Numbered from the stretch's first letter, positions 18,775-29,882 are shown. The stretch: 64,000 bases of DNA from Candidatus Zambryskiibacteriota bacterium (GCA_048499675.1 JASNZL010000002.1:40138-104137); one strand, 5' to 3'. The notes: generated by a model not told the origin, from the letters alone. Numbers and translations: made by a program.

Positions 18775-19032
18775 GGAAAAGTTTTATTGCACTAGATATT
18801 CTTTTTAGGAGCTGACACCTAGCTTGGCCTCGAAGCTTTAGACTTGATTCTCTAGATCTTGCTTCATTATCTACACTGTAGGCTTCATAATATAGAAGTT
18901 TGAGAGGTATTCTAGATTTAGTTGATAAAACTTTTCCAGAATTATGTTCTCCTAACAGCTTCTTTAGATTATTAGTGGAGCCAATATACAAATCTCCATC
19001 CTTGAGACTTCCAAGTAATATACATAGAGCAT
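18761..19032 (-). pseudogene. Small GIY-YIG nuclease, frameshifted near the N-terminus
   Basis: ATG at 19032 gives MLYVY, one base out of frame with LGSLKDGDLYIGSTNNL...YYEAY; span 272 nt. Confidence 0.75.
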
Positions 19033-19053
19033 AATTTAAAACAAAAATTAGTG

Positions 19054-19124
19054 TGCGGGTAGGGGTAATCGAAACCCCGACTCAAGTTTGGAAAACTCGC
19101 ATTTTACCACTAAACTATACCCGC
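19054..19124 (-). tRNA. tRNA-Gly(TCC)
   Basis: GCGGGTA/TACCCGC acceptor stem; TT-TCC-AA loop. Confidence 0.95.
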
Positions 19125-19265
19125 ATTTAGACTATTCTAACACAATATTCTTTTATTCAAAATAATCACAAATATAGAAATTGAGATTATATTTCGGCTC
19201 GCGATTTGATTTTTTATTGCTTTTTTATGTGGTATATGTTATAATAAGATAAGGAGGTAGTACCT

Positions 19266-19679
19266 ATGAAAAATATTTTTTTGGCGGTTGTTGCGACCAT
19301 TCTCTTTGTGGGGGTGCTTGCGACAGCTTTTAACTGGGCGCAGGAGAGACGCGTCCAGAAAATCGAACTGCGAGCCGGAGATCTCATCGATCTCCGCGTC
19401 CAGCGAGACGCGCCCGACTGGGAAAGCGGGTGCGTGGTCCATTTTACAGAGATGAGAGGGGTCTCTGGAATTGCCCTCTTACGAGCCGAGTCCGAAATGC
19501 CTCGCTCCGTGACACGCGTAGAACGTGTCGTCGGAGACAAGGTATTCTTGAAGGTTCTCTCCGAACCCTACGGCGAATTGGCAGATTACATCTGCCCCGC
19601 CGGAAGCACTTTTCAAATTGACCTCCATCTCGCCAAGGAGGCAAAGTACCGGACCCCAAAGGGAGTGCGGATGTACTGA
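19266..19679 (+). CDS. GC-rich orphan protein with signal anchor
   Basis: SD AAGGAGG, upstream TATAAT, N-terminal hydrophobic helix, terminator at 19688-19718. Confidence 0.75.
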   Translation: MKNIFLAVVATILFVGVLATAFNWAQERRVQKIELRAGDLIDLRVQRDAPDWESGCVVHFTEMRGVSGIALLRAESEMPRSVTRVERVVGDKVFLKVLSEPYGELADYICPAGSTFQIDLHLAKEAKYRTPKGVRMY

Positions 19680-19726
19680 ACACTCTTGCTGGAGTGTCCC
19701 CAAGGGGACACTCCAGCATTTTGTTT

Positions 19727-20026
19727 TTAGTTATTTTTCTTTATATCAAGAAGTGCATCAAAATTGTCATTCTGTGACAATTTATTTTTATGAATCTTTC
19801 CACATTTTTGGCATTTTTGAATTACTCTCCAGCCATCACCATCTTTTTCTATATCGATTGGTTCCATCATTCCACCACACTCTTCTGCCCTATCCCCCGG
19901 AAAAATATCTACATGCTTACTCCAAAGACACTTGGGGCAATGATTTGTAAATCCATTACCCAGAACTTCTGTGCTACATTTTTCACATACAAAATCTTCT
20001 TTATTCTTTTTGAATTTAGAACTCAT
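19727..20026 (-). CDS. RNHCP-domain zinc-ribbon protein
   Basis: FVCEKC...TNHCPKCLWSKHVD...PGDR...CGGMM...CQKCG; start at 20026. Confidence 0.88.
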   Translation of the reverse strand: MSSKFKKNKEDFVCEKCSTEVLGNGFTNHCPKCLWSKHVDIFPGDRAEECGGMMEPIDIEKDGDGWRVIQKCQKCGKIHKNKLSQNDNFDALLDIKKNN

Positions 20027-21083
20027 TATTATTTTCAAATGCCAAAATTCCCGGCAATGTTCCATTGGCAAGAAAATCGAGCATTGCTCCACCAGAGGTT
20101 GAAACAAAAATATTTTTATTGTCTTTCAAAATAGAATCGATATTTATTCCAGCATTTTTTATTACCGTATAAGTGTCACCTCCACCAATTATTACTTTTT
20201 TGTCTGATTCAAAAAGAGTCCGAGCAAGAGCAGTAGTCCCCGCAATATAACCTTTTTCATAATTACCCAAAGGACCATTCCACAAAACAAATTTTGAATC
20301 AGCTATTTTTTCATAGAGCAATTCAAGAGTTTCGGTATTTGCGTCAAGAGCATCTTTTTCTCCAACAGGAAAAATAATTTTCCCTTCAAATTCTTTTTCT
20401 CTAAATTCTCTAATCTGATATGCTCTTTTTGCCATTGCCCCACCAATAAAAATAGAATCAGCAATGTCTAAAAATTTTGTCACTAAAGGGATTTTTGTAT
20501 CAAACTTGACCCCTCCCAAAATAAACAGAAAAGGATGTTCTGGATTTAGAGCTTTTGATAAATTCTCAAATTCATTTAAAAAACTGAAGCCAGCATATGA
20601 CGGCAAAAATTTAGGTATTCCTACAATAGAAGAATGTTCTCTGTGCGAAGCCGAGAAAGCTTCGTTTACATAAATGTCTCCAAAGTCCGCAAGTTTTTTT
20701 GCAAAACCGTCATCATTTTCTTTTTCTGCCCAAAATCTCAAGTTCTCAAATACTGCAATCTCGCCACATCTCATATCTTCTATTGCCGTCTTTCCTGAGG
20801 AAGAAGAATGATTCCAAGGATCATTTACAAATCTTATCCTTATCTCAGGAAAATACTTTTCTACTTCAGGAAGCACAATTTCCAAAGACTCATCTCCGTC
20901 ACCAAAATGACTAAGCACAACGACTTTTGCACCTTTTTCAAGTAAATAATTAATAGTCTTAACACCAGAGAGAATTCTCGAAGAATCAATTATTTTCTTG
21001 TCTTCATCAATTGGTAAATTCCAATCAACTCTCACCAAAACTATTGTTCCCTTCTCTATTTTTGCTTCTTCAATTGATCTCAT
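20016..21083 (-). CDS. pgk: Phosphoglycerate kinase
   Basis: VRVDWNLP, ENLRF, WNGPLG, GGGDT, VSTSGGA. Confidence 0.96.
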   Translation of the reverse strand: MRSIEEAKIEKGTIVLVRVDWNLPIDEDKKIIDSSRILSGVKTINYLLEKGAKVVVLSHFGDGDESLEIVLPEVEKYFPEIRIRFVNDPWNHSSSSGKTAIEDMRCGEIAVFENLRFWAEKENDDGFAKKLADFGDIYVNEAFSASHREHSSIVGIPKFLPSYAGFSFLNEFENLSKALNPEHPFLFILGGVKFDTKIPLVTKFLDIADSIFIGGAMAKRAYQIREFREKEFEGKIIFPVGEKDALDANTETLELLYEKIADSKFVLWNGPLGNYEKGYIAGTTALARTLFESDKKVIIGGGDTYTVIKNAGINIDSILKDNKNIFVSTSGGAMLDFLANGTLPGILAFENNNEF

Positions 21084-21084
21084 T

Positions 21085-21853
21085 TTATCTTTTTACATCC
21101 GCCGACTTTAAAATTTTTGAGAATTGGATAGGGTCAAGAGAAGCATGACCGACAAGAAAACCATCAACATTTCCGTATTCTATAATTGAAGGCGCGTTTT
21201 CTGGTTCAACCGACCCACCATATAATATTTTGAATGAGTTTGCTATATCTTTACCAAAAATCTCACCGGCTATTTTTTTTATTATAAGAGTCATTTCGTG
21301 TATGTCTGTTGGATTCATAGATTCTTTGTAGGATTTGCCTATCGCCCAAATTGGCTCATAAGCAATTATAAGTCCGATTAAATCTTTTTTCTCCATCGTA
21401 CTCAAACATTCTTTAATCTGAGTTTTTATAAATCCCAAATATGATGCATCATGATCTCTTTCTTTTTCTCCAATACATAATATGGGCGTAAGTTTATTCA
21501 AAAAAGCCCTCTCCATCTTTTTTCTTACTATTTCGTTTGTCTCACCACCAGCCCTTCTTTCAGAGTGTCCAACTATTACATATTTTGCTCGAGCATCACT
21601 GTTTCTTGCTAACACCTCACCAGTGTGGGCACCTTTTTTCACTTGAAGATAAATCTTGAGCACCCAAATAAAAATTCTTAGGATTACTTAATTTTGAAAA
21701 TGTATGCAAATAAGGAAAGGGTGGGCAAACACAGACTTCTACATTTTTTACACCCTGAGCACTTTTTTTGATTCCATTAAAAACCTTCTTGGCTTCAAGA
21801 AGATTTTGGGGATTCATTTTCCAATTTGCGACCACCAAACTGCGACTCTTCAT
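21085..21853 (-). pseudogene. tpiA: Triosephosphate isomerase split by a frameshift near 21640
   Basis: ANWKMNP...LGAQD in one frame; GAHTGE...GHSERR...AYEPIWAIG...LYGGSV in another. Confidence 0.85.
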
Positions 21854-22011
21854 ATCATTATGGTATCGCAATAACTTATAATTTACAATTCTCTCCACCT
21901 ATCAAACGGACAATAATTCCCAATGTCCCAATTTGAAAATTAAAAATTAGAAATTAATTAAAAATTTTAAAACTTGTCCTGAGAGCAACGAAGGATTAAA
22001 AATTGGAAATT

Positions 22012-23793
22012 TTATTCTACCTCTTTCCAGCTCAAAATATTGAAACCTCCCGTTGGTCCAGATGAAAAATTTAAATCAGCAAGACCTGTTTCGTAGTTTA
22101 CTTGACCACCTCCAGAAATAATTATTTTATATGCCATCATAGCTTTGGCGCTTGTTCCTCCATTCATTTGTAGCGCTCCATAAGGAGCGGCGAGGACCAC
22201 AGCTCCAGAACCGCCCGAAATACTCAGTGCGTTGTTTTCAGAACACAAAGCATCATATGGGCAAACACTTGTTGTGACTACAAGCGGATAACTCCCCGTC
22301 TGACCAGATCCTGAAAACTGCCCGTTACCCGAAATACTCACCCTCCCATCCACCACCAAAACCCCACTTCTATTTCCATAGGAAGAATCAAGTTTAATTT
22401 TGCCTCCACCAGAAACAGTTACCGTACCGGTAACCCAGATTGTACCTGTTACATTCAATGTGCCACCGCCAGCAATACTTAAATCCCCATTTATTTTTGT
22501 AGGACCAAGAGTTGCTCCCGCCCATCCAACTGAATAATCACCATTATATACTCCTCCCGCTTCCGCCTCATCTTTCCATCCATTTATATTTGATTCTGAT
22601 ACGGGGAAATTTTGTGGTGAAGGATCACTTCTTGAAGTGTTGCAAGACTTACCATTATTCATAGTGCCATTTTGACAATATATTGTGCCATAAGTATTTG
22701 TACTATTAACTGTATTTGCCCAAGAATCACCTCCTTTTGTTCCAACTCTTAAGTAATCATAACCATCGCCTTCTATTTTTGAAACGAATCCATTTAGATA
22801 TATTTCAAAATAACCATCAAGACCAACAGGACTTGTATTGTTCCAACTTGAGCCCACTCTTCCGATTTTTGCCACACCATTTGCATAGTTTGTATTTGCC
22901 CCTATTGTGTAATATCGGCTTGAATTTGTTCCTCCATCAAGCACCACCCAATATGTAGTGCCTTCATTTAAAGGAATATAAGAACCAAAAACAACATCAA
23001 CCCAACCATATGATGTTGATACAAGACCTGCAGATAGAGTCGCTGAATCAAGGGTAGTAGAGCCGGGTACTCCACCATTATCAGTCACAATTCTAACTGT
23101 TAGATTATTTGGCGCACTTGAGGTTCTCCTTAAATAAAAACTTGCTTTGTTTAGTGGTCCTGACTCATTAACTACAAAACTCTGGGCAAAATCTTGGGTG
23201 GCATTATTATTACCAAAAATTATTTGATTTGGTGGAGTTGTTGGTGAATTGTTTGTTTGGTTGGCTGAAATAACAGGTGTATTAGCAGCTGTTGCAGAAC
23301 CTGTTATTGTAGAGCCCCCATCCCCTATAATATTTCCGTTTGAATAAACATTACCATCCACTGTTGATCCTCCATCAATAAAAAAACCTCCATTTCCTGT
23401 CTGTAAAGCAAAATTAAAAGCCACTCCTTCACCTATTACCAGAGCTGTCTCAATCTTTCTTGTATAATCTTCTCTGTTTGATATGGATGTAATAATTTTG
23501 TTACCTGAAACATCATCCGAAATTGAAGTAACAATATTTTCACCATCCAACACAAGATTATTATTTTCTGCTACAGTTATTCCATTTTTGATTCTATAAA
23601 TAACATCCTCAACCCCCGACTCAGCAAAATAATAACTTTTTTTAGTCTCACTAAAATTCTTCATTGCTTGCAAATGACTGAGTACTGGATTAACTATACC
23701 CATTGTTGCAATGATTGATACGGTAATAAAAATCACAATCATTATTATCATTGCTTGGCCTGAATTTTGTTTTGATTGTTTTGAATTCATCAT
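22012..23793 (-). CDS. PilX-like pilus protein with large Gly-rich beta domain
   Basis: Prepilin-like GQAMII, SYYFAESGVED, terminal SWKEVE; in pil cluster. Confidence 0.75.
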   Translation of the reverse strand: MMNSKQSKQNSGQAMIIMIVIFITVSIIATMGIVNPVLSHLQAMKNFSETKKSYYFAESGVEDVIYRIKNGITVAENNNLVLDGENIVTSISDDVSGNKIITSISNREDYTRKIETALVIGEGVAFNFALQTGNGGFFIDGGSTVDGNVYSNGNIIGDGGSTITGSATAANTPVISANQTNNSPTTPPNQIIFGNNNATQDFAQSFVVNESGPLNKASFYLRRTSSAPNNLTVRIVTDNGGVPGSTTLDSATLSAGLVSTSYGWVDVVFGSYIPLNEGTTYWVVLDGGTNSSRYYTIGANTNYANGVAKIGRVGSSWNNTSPVGLDGYFEIYLNGFVSKIEGDGYDYLRVGTKGGDSWANTVNSTNTYGTIYCQNGTMNNGKSCNTSRSDPSPQNFPVSESNINGWKDEAEAGGVYNGDYSVGWAGATLGPTKINGDLSIAGGGTLNVTGTIWVTGTVTVSGGGKIKLDSSYGNRSGVLVVDGRVSISGNGQFSGSGQTGSYPLVVTTSVCPYDALCSENNALSISGGSGAVVLAAPYGALQMNGGTSAKAMMAYKIIISGGGQVNYETGLADLNFSSGPTGGFNILSWKEVE

Positions 23794-23794
23794 T

Positions 23795-24316
23795 TTAATA
23801 TGAGTTTCTTAGAACAGAAAAGCTTCTTAATGCTATACTTTTAACTGAATTTCCGTTTCCAGTCTCAACTTGAATAAAAATCCTAACGCCTTCAGAATTA
23901 GAATTTTGTAAATAATCATAAACCAAACCAGTTACTCTTACTTTGCTTGAAGTAAGGTTTGAAACTTCACCAGAAACCAAATTAGTCATCTGTAAAACAT
24001 TTTCGTCATTTACACCAAAAGCAATATTCTTAACCATTCCACCATCATCAGTACCACTCAGAGCCAGACTCCCAAAATTAGAACCAAAAACAGAATTCGC
24101 CACATCTACCAACTCTGCGTTTCTAATTTCCCTTGTCATTATTGACATAGCGCCCGACACAGATGATTCAATCAATTTATCGGCGAGTGTTGCTCTGTGC
24201 AAATTTAACAGACTAACTAAGGATTGAGCAACGATACCAACAATCAAAACCAGAATAGTCGCATAAAGCAAAGTTTCAATTATTGTTATTCCTTTTTTTA
24301 AAAAAAACTTTCTCAT
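23795..24316 (-). CDS. Minor pilin (PilW-like)
   Basis: KGITIIETLL prepilin motif, MTREIRNA. Confidence 0.8.
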   Translation of the reverse strand: MRKFFLKKGITIIETLLYATILVLIVGIVAQSLVSLLNLHRATLADKLIESSVSGAMSIMTREIRNAELVDVANSVFGSNFGSLALSGTDDGGMVKNIAFGVNDENVLQMTNLVSGEVSNLTSSKVRVTGLVYDYLQNSNSEGVRIFIQVETGNGNSVKSIALRSFSVLRNSY

Positions 24317-24326
24317 TAACCATTAA

Positions 24327-24812
24327 TTAATTTCCAAATATATCTGCGATATAAGCACTCACTTCCCTAGTGCTTGTACCACTCTTGCTCAACCACTCCA
24401 CTTTCATTTGTAAAAATTTTGTTCCAGCATCAAGCCCCCCTCCGGTTTCTACAATATTACCGTTTACATCTCTCAACACATCGTAAACTCTAAAGGATCT
24501 ATAATATCCATTTGTATTTTGAGCAACTGTTGTAGCTACCCAACCACTATTAAATATTAAGTAGTAATCTGTATTTGGAATTAAGGGGTCTATGTTTGAG
24601 GTCCACGAATCATCTCTCATATATTTCAAAGCTTCTATTCCCTCTTCAGCCAAAAAAGAAGCTTGTATATAATGTTTGTTTCTTTTTGAAATCTCGGCAT
24701 AAAATGCATTCACAGACAAAGACAACAAAACAAAAATTGCAATTATTGATATCACTACAACTGCCTCAACCATTCCAAACCCTCTAATTTTATTTCTATT
24801 CTTAGATTTCAT
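24327..24812 (-). CDS. Minor pilin (PilV-like)
   Basis: RGFGMVEAVV, ASFLAEEGIE. Confidence 0.8.
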   Translation of the reverse strand: MKSKNRNKIRGFGMVEAVVVISIIAIFVLLSLSVNAFYAEISKRNKHYIQASFLAEEGIEALKYMRDDSWTSNIDPLIPNTDYYLIFNSGWVATTVAQNTNGYYRSFRVYDVLRDVNGNIVETGGGLDAGTKFLQMKVEWLSKSGTSTREVSAYIADIFGN

Positions 24813-24817
24813 TTATA

Positions 24818-25267
24818 TTATTCTATCACTCCACTTGGTAATACAAAAATGGTTGTTGAGGAAGTAGAACTATTTTTTACTTTCAATTCAAAACTTCCAT
24901 GATTACCCGTATCCCCATTAAATCTAGAAAAAATTATTTGTGTCCCTCCTCCATTCAAATTTATATTAGAAATCTCAATCGATGAATGCAGATTATGAGT
25001 TTTGTTTTGAGGATCGTTTGGAACATAATTATTTCCCATAAATAGAGTTACCCCAGATGCTTCTAAATAGACACCGTATTTACTAGCGTTTTTTGATGAC
25101 ATAGAAAGCGATCTTGCCTCTTCCAAAATAGCGATTACTCCTTCTCTATCTTTCATCATTCTATCTGTACTTCTATCACCAAAAACAAAAAGAACTGCAA
25201 CTGCGAGCAAAATCATTATCCCCATAGAAATCAATATTTCCGCCAAAGTAAATCCTTTTGTTTTCAT
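24818..25267 (-). CDS. Minor pilin (FimT/GspH-like)
   Basis: KGFTLAEILI prepilin motif. Confidence 0.8.
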   Translation of the reverse strand: MKTKGFTLAEILISMGIMILLAVAVLFVFGDRSTDRMMKDREGVIAILEEARSLSMSSKNASKYGVYLEASGVTLFMGNNYVPNDPQNKTHNLHSSIEISNINLNGGGTQIIFSRFNGDTGNHGSFELKVKNSSTSSTTIFVLPSGVIE

Positions 25268-25273
25268 ATTTTT

Positions 25274-26485
25274 TTATACCCCAATAACATCAACCAAAGA
25301 GTAGGTAGGAGCAAGCATTGCAATAGCAAAAATACCGACAGCAATACCTATAAGTATCATCAAAAATGGTTCTATTATTGTAGACAAATTTTTTGTTTTT
25401 TCTTCAACCTCTGCTTCGTAAAAATTAGCAACATTCTCAAACATATCAGCTATTTTGCCTGTTTCCTCACCAACACTAATCATTTCACTCATAAAAATTG
25501 GATATAGACCATTAGAATTTTCAAAAAAACTAGAAATTGACTCTCCTTTTTCTACATTTTGGGAAGCCAGAGCTAGTATTTTTTTATAAAAATGATTTTG
25601 AACAACATTTTCTGTAACTTTTAAGGCGTTAACAATATCAACTCCAGACAAAATCAGAGAAGAAAGGGTTCTTGCTGTTCTTGCAGAATTAACCTCCTTG
25701 GTCATTTGAGAAATTACGGGGATTTTTAAGACCATAACATCAATAAAATCTTTACCCCTTTTTGATTTTAAGAACGAAACAACGAGACCAATCAAGACAG
25801 AAACAAAAATCAAAACAAAAATAATATTGGTTTTTAGAAAATCACTTACCGCAATAATAACTCGTGTAGGCAGAGGCAATGGCACGTTTAATCCAACAAA
25901 AGTTTCGGTAAGCATTGGCACCATATAAACCATCATCAAAAAACCAATAACAACCATCAAAGAAACAATAATCGCTGGATAAATCATGGCTCCTAATATT
26001 TTTTTGTTTAAGTTATGTGCTTTTTCTAATTGACCCGCAACATTTTTTAATGCCTCCGCTTGTGTTCCAGACTCTTCACCTGATCTAACCATTGAAACAA
26101 AAAGATCTGAAAAAACATCTTTGTGTTCTGCCAAAGCATCAGATAGTGATTCCCCTCTGTTTATACTTGCATTTATATCTTCCAAAACCGTTTTAAGAGC
26201 TTTATTTTTTGCCTGTTTTGTCATTATTGTAAGAGCCCTACTAACAGAAAGACCTGCATCTATCATAATTGCCAAATTTTTTGCAAAAGAAATCTTTTCT
26301 TGAGCTTTTATTTTACCCAAACTCAAGTTTAATGAAAAAGTTTTTTTAGCGAGCACCTCTTCAGAAGACAAAAGTACTCCTCCTTCTTTATGTAGAAAAT
26401 CATACAAAGATTTTTTATCCTCAAATTCCTTTGTCTCCTCTTTCTCTTCGTTATTTATTATGTATTTGTATTTGTATAAAGGCAC
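25274..26485 (-). CDS. pilC: Type IV pilus platform protein PilC/GspF
   Basis: GESLSDAL, GEESG, AMIYPAI, VGEETG, IIEPFLM. Confidence 0.93.
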   Translation of the reverse strand: MPLYKYKYIINNEEKEETKEFEDKKSLYDFLHKEGGVLLSSEEVLAKKTFSLNLSLGKIKAQEKISFAKNLAIMIDAGLSVSRALTIMTKQAKNKALKTVLEDINASINRGESLSDALAEHKDVFSDLFVSMVRSGEESGTQAEALKNVAGQLEKAHNLNKKILGAMIYPAIIVSLMVVIGFLMMVYMVPMLTETFVGLNVPLPLPTRVIIAVSDFLKTNIIFVLIFVSVLIGLVVSFLKSKRGKDFIDVMVLKIPVISQMTKEVNSARTARTLSSLILSGVDIVNALKVTENVVQNHFYKKILALASQNVEKGESISSFFENSNGLYPIFMSEMISVGEETGKIADMFENVANFYEAEVEEKTKNLSTIIEPFLMILIGIAVGIFAIAMLAPTYSLVDVIGV

Positions 26486-26803
26486 GATATTAAATTATTC
26501 TAATTACCCTAATTCCTAATTAACCTAAAATTAAAATACTTAAAATAATTATATCAAACTAATTAAATTTTTAATCCTTCGACGTTCAGAAGACAAGTTT
26601 TTAATTTTTCAGCTATTGGAACTATAAATTTTAAAAGTAAATTCCAAAATAATTTTAAATTTTCAAATTTTCTAATTCTGTTCATAAGCGATAATTAATA
26701 CATTATTTTAGAATTTAAAATTTGTAATTTGAAATTGACTTAAAGGTGCTTTTCTCGTAACTCGTTACTCGTACTTCGTACCTCGTCTCTCATTTGTGTC
26801 ATG

Positions 26804-28555
26804 TTATTCCGAAACAACTCTTAGTACTTCTTCAATTGTTGTCAATCCTTGCGCCGCTTTGAAAATACCATCCTCAAGCATCGTAAGCATTCCTTCTTTT
26901 CTTGCCTGCAATTCAATATCTTCTGTCGTAGAACCCTTTATAATCAAATCTTTGATTGAGGTTGAAACGTTCAAAACTTCATAAATACCAATTCTGCTTT
27001 TAAAAGCTTCTTCTCCGGCATTTTTTTCTGGTTTATAAAAAGGAATATTTTCCCAGTCATCATTTTTACCAACAATTTTTTCTTCCTTTAGCGCCGTAAG
27101 TATGGTGTCCATATCAACCGCTTTTGATAATGAGGCGACTTCTTGTTTGGTTAAATAATATTTTTCTTTTTTATCAGAAAGTTTTCTTACAAGTCTCTGC
27201 CCAATAATTGCATCTATTGTAGAAATAATAAGAAAAGGTTCTACCTTCATATCAATCAAACGAGGCACAGCCCCTGCAGCAGAGTTTGTGTGCAAAGTAG
27301 AAAGCACCAAATGACCAGTAAGCGAAGCATTAATAGCAAGAGAAGCTGTTTCGTTGTCTCTAATTTCTCCAACCATTATTATGTCTGGGTCTTGTCTAAC
27401 CAAAGTTCGAAGTCCCGAAGCAAAAGTGAGCCCTATTTCTGGTTTAACTTGAGTTTGATTAACTCTCTTCATTTGATATTCAACAGGATCTTCAATTGTA
27501 GAAATATTTACATCCGGAGTATTTAGAATATCTAACATTGTATAGAGCGTGGTTGATTTTCCGCTTCCTGTAGGACCAGTCGTCAAAACCATTCCAGTTG
27601 TATGCTGTAGAGCTTTGTGTAAAATTTCCAGTGCTTCACCATGAAAACCAAGCGACTCTAGTGTAAAGCCAGAAACAGATTCTCTGAGCAACCTCATTAC
27701 TGTTTTTTCTCCATAATAAACTGGAAGAGTTGATACACGGAAGGATACTTTTTCTCCGTTCATATCTATTTTAAATCTCCCATCTTGTGGCAATCTTTTT
27801 TCGTCTAACCGAAGACTTGAGAGCACTTTTATACGAGCCGTCAAAGAGTGGCTTATATGTTTTGGCAATACCATTGCATCGTGCAAAATTCCATCTATTC
27901 TGTATCTAATCAAAATCTGGTCCTCAAGTGGTTCAATGTGAATATCTGATGCGTTTTGAATGATTGCGTGCTTCAAAAGTGTGTCTACAATCCTAACCAC
28001 CGGTAATTCCTCTGCCAATTTTTTCAAGTCACCCAAAGAAGTTTCTTCTCCTGGCATTTTGTCGGTTATTGTCTTTATTTCATCAGATTCACTCTTGATA
28101 ATATCTCCGAATTCATCCTTTAAGTTTTTTTGGTATTGAATAAGAGCCCCCCTGATTGATTCTGAGTCGGTCAGACGAGGTAATATTTTTAAACCAACTT
28201 TCTTTTTGATGGAATTTAGTGCCTGTAAATCATCAGTATCGAGCATAGCAACCTCCAGAGTGTCTTCCCTTTTTTCAAAAGCTACAACATTATGTTTTCG
28301 TGCAATTGGTTCTGGAATTAAATTTAAAATATCCTTATTTAGATTTTGTCCTTTGAGATTAATAAAAGGAATACCGAGTATGTATGCAGTAATTCTCCTC
28401 AGATCATCTTCTGATAATTTTCCTTTTGATATCAAAGCTTCGCTTAATTTCTTTTTTCTTGATTTCGCTTCTTTGTGAATCTCCTCAATCTCAGCTTTAG
28501 AAATAAGTCCTGCGTCAATAATAAATTCTTTTATTTGTTCATCTTCTACTCGCAT
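26804..28555 (-). CDS. pilB: Type IV pilus assembly ATPase PilB/GspE
   Basis: ASDIHIEP, RLPQDGR, GPTGSGKSTT, RQDPDIIMVGEIRD. Confidence 0.95.
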   Translation of the reverse strand: MRVEDEQIKEFIIDAGLISKAEIEEIHKEAKSRKKKLSEALISKGKLSEDDLRRITAYILGIPFINLKGQNLNKDILNLIPEPIARKHNVVAFEKREDTLEVAMLDTDDLQALNSIKKKVGLKILPRLTDSESIRGALIQYQKNLKDEFGDIIKSESDEIKTITDKMPGEETSLGDLKKLAEELPVVRIVDTLLKHAIIQNASDIHIEPLEDQILIRYRIDGILHDAMVLPKHISHSLTARIKVLSSLRLDEKRLPQDGRFKIDMNGEKVSFRVSTLPVYYGEKTVMRLLRESVSGFTLESLGFHGEALEILHKALQHTTGMVLTTGPTGSGKSTTLYTMLDILNTPDVNISTIEDPVEYQMKRVNQTQVKPEIGLTFASGLRTLVRQDPDIIMVGEIRDNETASLAINASLTGHLVLSTLHTNSAAGAVPRLIDMKVEPFLIISTIDAIIGQRLVRKLSDKKEKYYLTKQEVASLSKAVDMDTILTALKEEKIVGKNDDWENIPFYKPEKNAGEEAFKSRIGIYEVLNVSTSIKDLIIKGSTTEDIELQARKEGMLTMLEDGIFKAAQGLTTIEEVLRVVSE

Positions 28556-28705
28556 ACGATTTGAATTTTCAATTTTGAATTTTCAATTTTTATTAAATTT
28601 AAAATTTCCAATGTTTCAATTATAACAAAATAAAACAAACAAAAGAAAAAACTTTGTTTATAAATATTAAAAAAACAGATGCTCCACTCTAAAGTAAAAC
28701 ATCTG

Positions 28706-28933
28706 TTAGTTTTGAGAATTTTTTTTGATTTTGATTTCTCTGTTCCTTTTTGCTTTTTCCAGGCGCTCACATAACTCTGTATTTTTTTGTCCCCTTTTGT
28801 GCGCCTCTTCAAGCAAGGTTTGGGCAAAAGCCACAAAACCTATATCACCAAATCCCATTGCGCTCGCAAGTAGAGTGCCAATTCTAATCTCTAAAGGCAC
28901 ATCCTTGTTTTGCAAGAAATCATCAAGTTGCAT
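28706..28933 (-). CDS. Small hypothetical protein
   Basis: 75 aa ORF with SD-like AAGGGG. Confidence 0.5.
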   Translation of the reverse strand: MQLDDFLQNKDVPLEIRIGTLLASAMGFGDIGFVAFAQTLLEEAHKRGQKNTELCERLEKAKRNREIKIKKNSQN

Positions 28934-28959
28934 ATGAACCCCTTTCTATATTTATTATA

Positions 28960-29496
28960 TCAAATTTTTATATTAGATTGTGGCAATCTCGCCCCTATCA
29001 AATATTTTTTTGGGTTTGTATCCAAATCCACAAATTCATCAGCAATTTCAATGAGTTTTGCCGATGATGACTTACCAAAAGACATTACTTCCACCTGACA
29101 ACCTTCATTTACTTTCAAATATTCTACAAGTGGCACAAAGTCCCCATCCCCTGTTACAAGTATTACTGCATCAAGTTTTGGTGCAAGTTTGATGGCATCA
29201 ACCGCAAGTCCAACATCCCAGTCGCCCTTTTTAGCACCACCCGCAAATATCTGCAGGTTTTTTGTTTTTGTTTCAATTCCAAGTTTACCAAGCGCCTCAA
29301 AAAATCCCCTCTCTTCACCTGATTCAGTTGTTATAACATAAGCCATTGCCCTAATAAGGGACCTTCCTGCAAGACCATCTTTTACTACTTGGCCAAAATT
29401 TACCTTTGCTTTATATAAATTTTTTGCGCTGTGATATAAATTTTGTGTATCTATAAAAATACCAACTCTCTGATTTTTGTGTTTAATTACGCTCAT
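28960..29496 (-). CDS. NYN (LabA/DUF88) PIN-like nuclease
   Basis: IFIDTQNL, KGDWDVGLAVD, TGDGDFVPL. Confidence 0.93.
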   Translation of the reverse strand: MSVIKHKNQRVGIFIDTQNLYHSAKNLYKAKVNFGQVVKDGLAGRSLIRAMAYVITTESGEERGFFEALGKLGIETKTKNLQIFAGGAKKGDWDVGLAVDAIKLAPKLDAVILVTGDGDFVPLVEYLKVNEGCQVEVMSFGKSSSAKLIEIADEFVDLDTNPKKYLIGARLPQSNIKI

Positions 29497-29882
29497 TTAT
29501 GAAAAATTATTTGTTAATAAAATAAAAACTACCAACTCTATTCTACCACTTCTCGCCCCGCGATGAGTAAAGCGAATTTTGCGGGGTGTTTAATTACTGA
29601 CATAAGTTTAGTTAAAAATAAATATTAAAAATACCCACTAATCACACGAATTCTCACTAATCTTACTAATAAAAATTTAAGGTGAGCACGAGTTACGAAG
29701 TACGAGATACGATAAAAAATTAAATTTTAAGTTAAAAAGTTAATAATAGGATACAAATAATTATATCATAAAGATATAAGACAAATTATGGTGCCCAAAG
29801 AAAATTAGAACATTGAAAATTCAATGAAAATTGAGAATTTTAAATTAAAAATTTAAAAAGATAATAATTTAGAGAGAAATTA

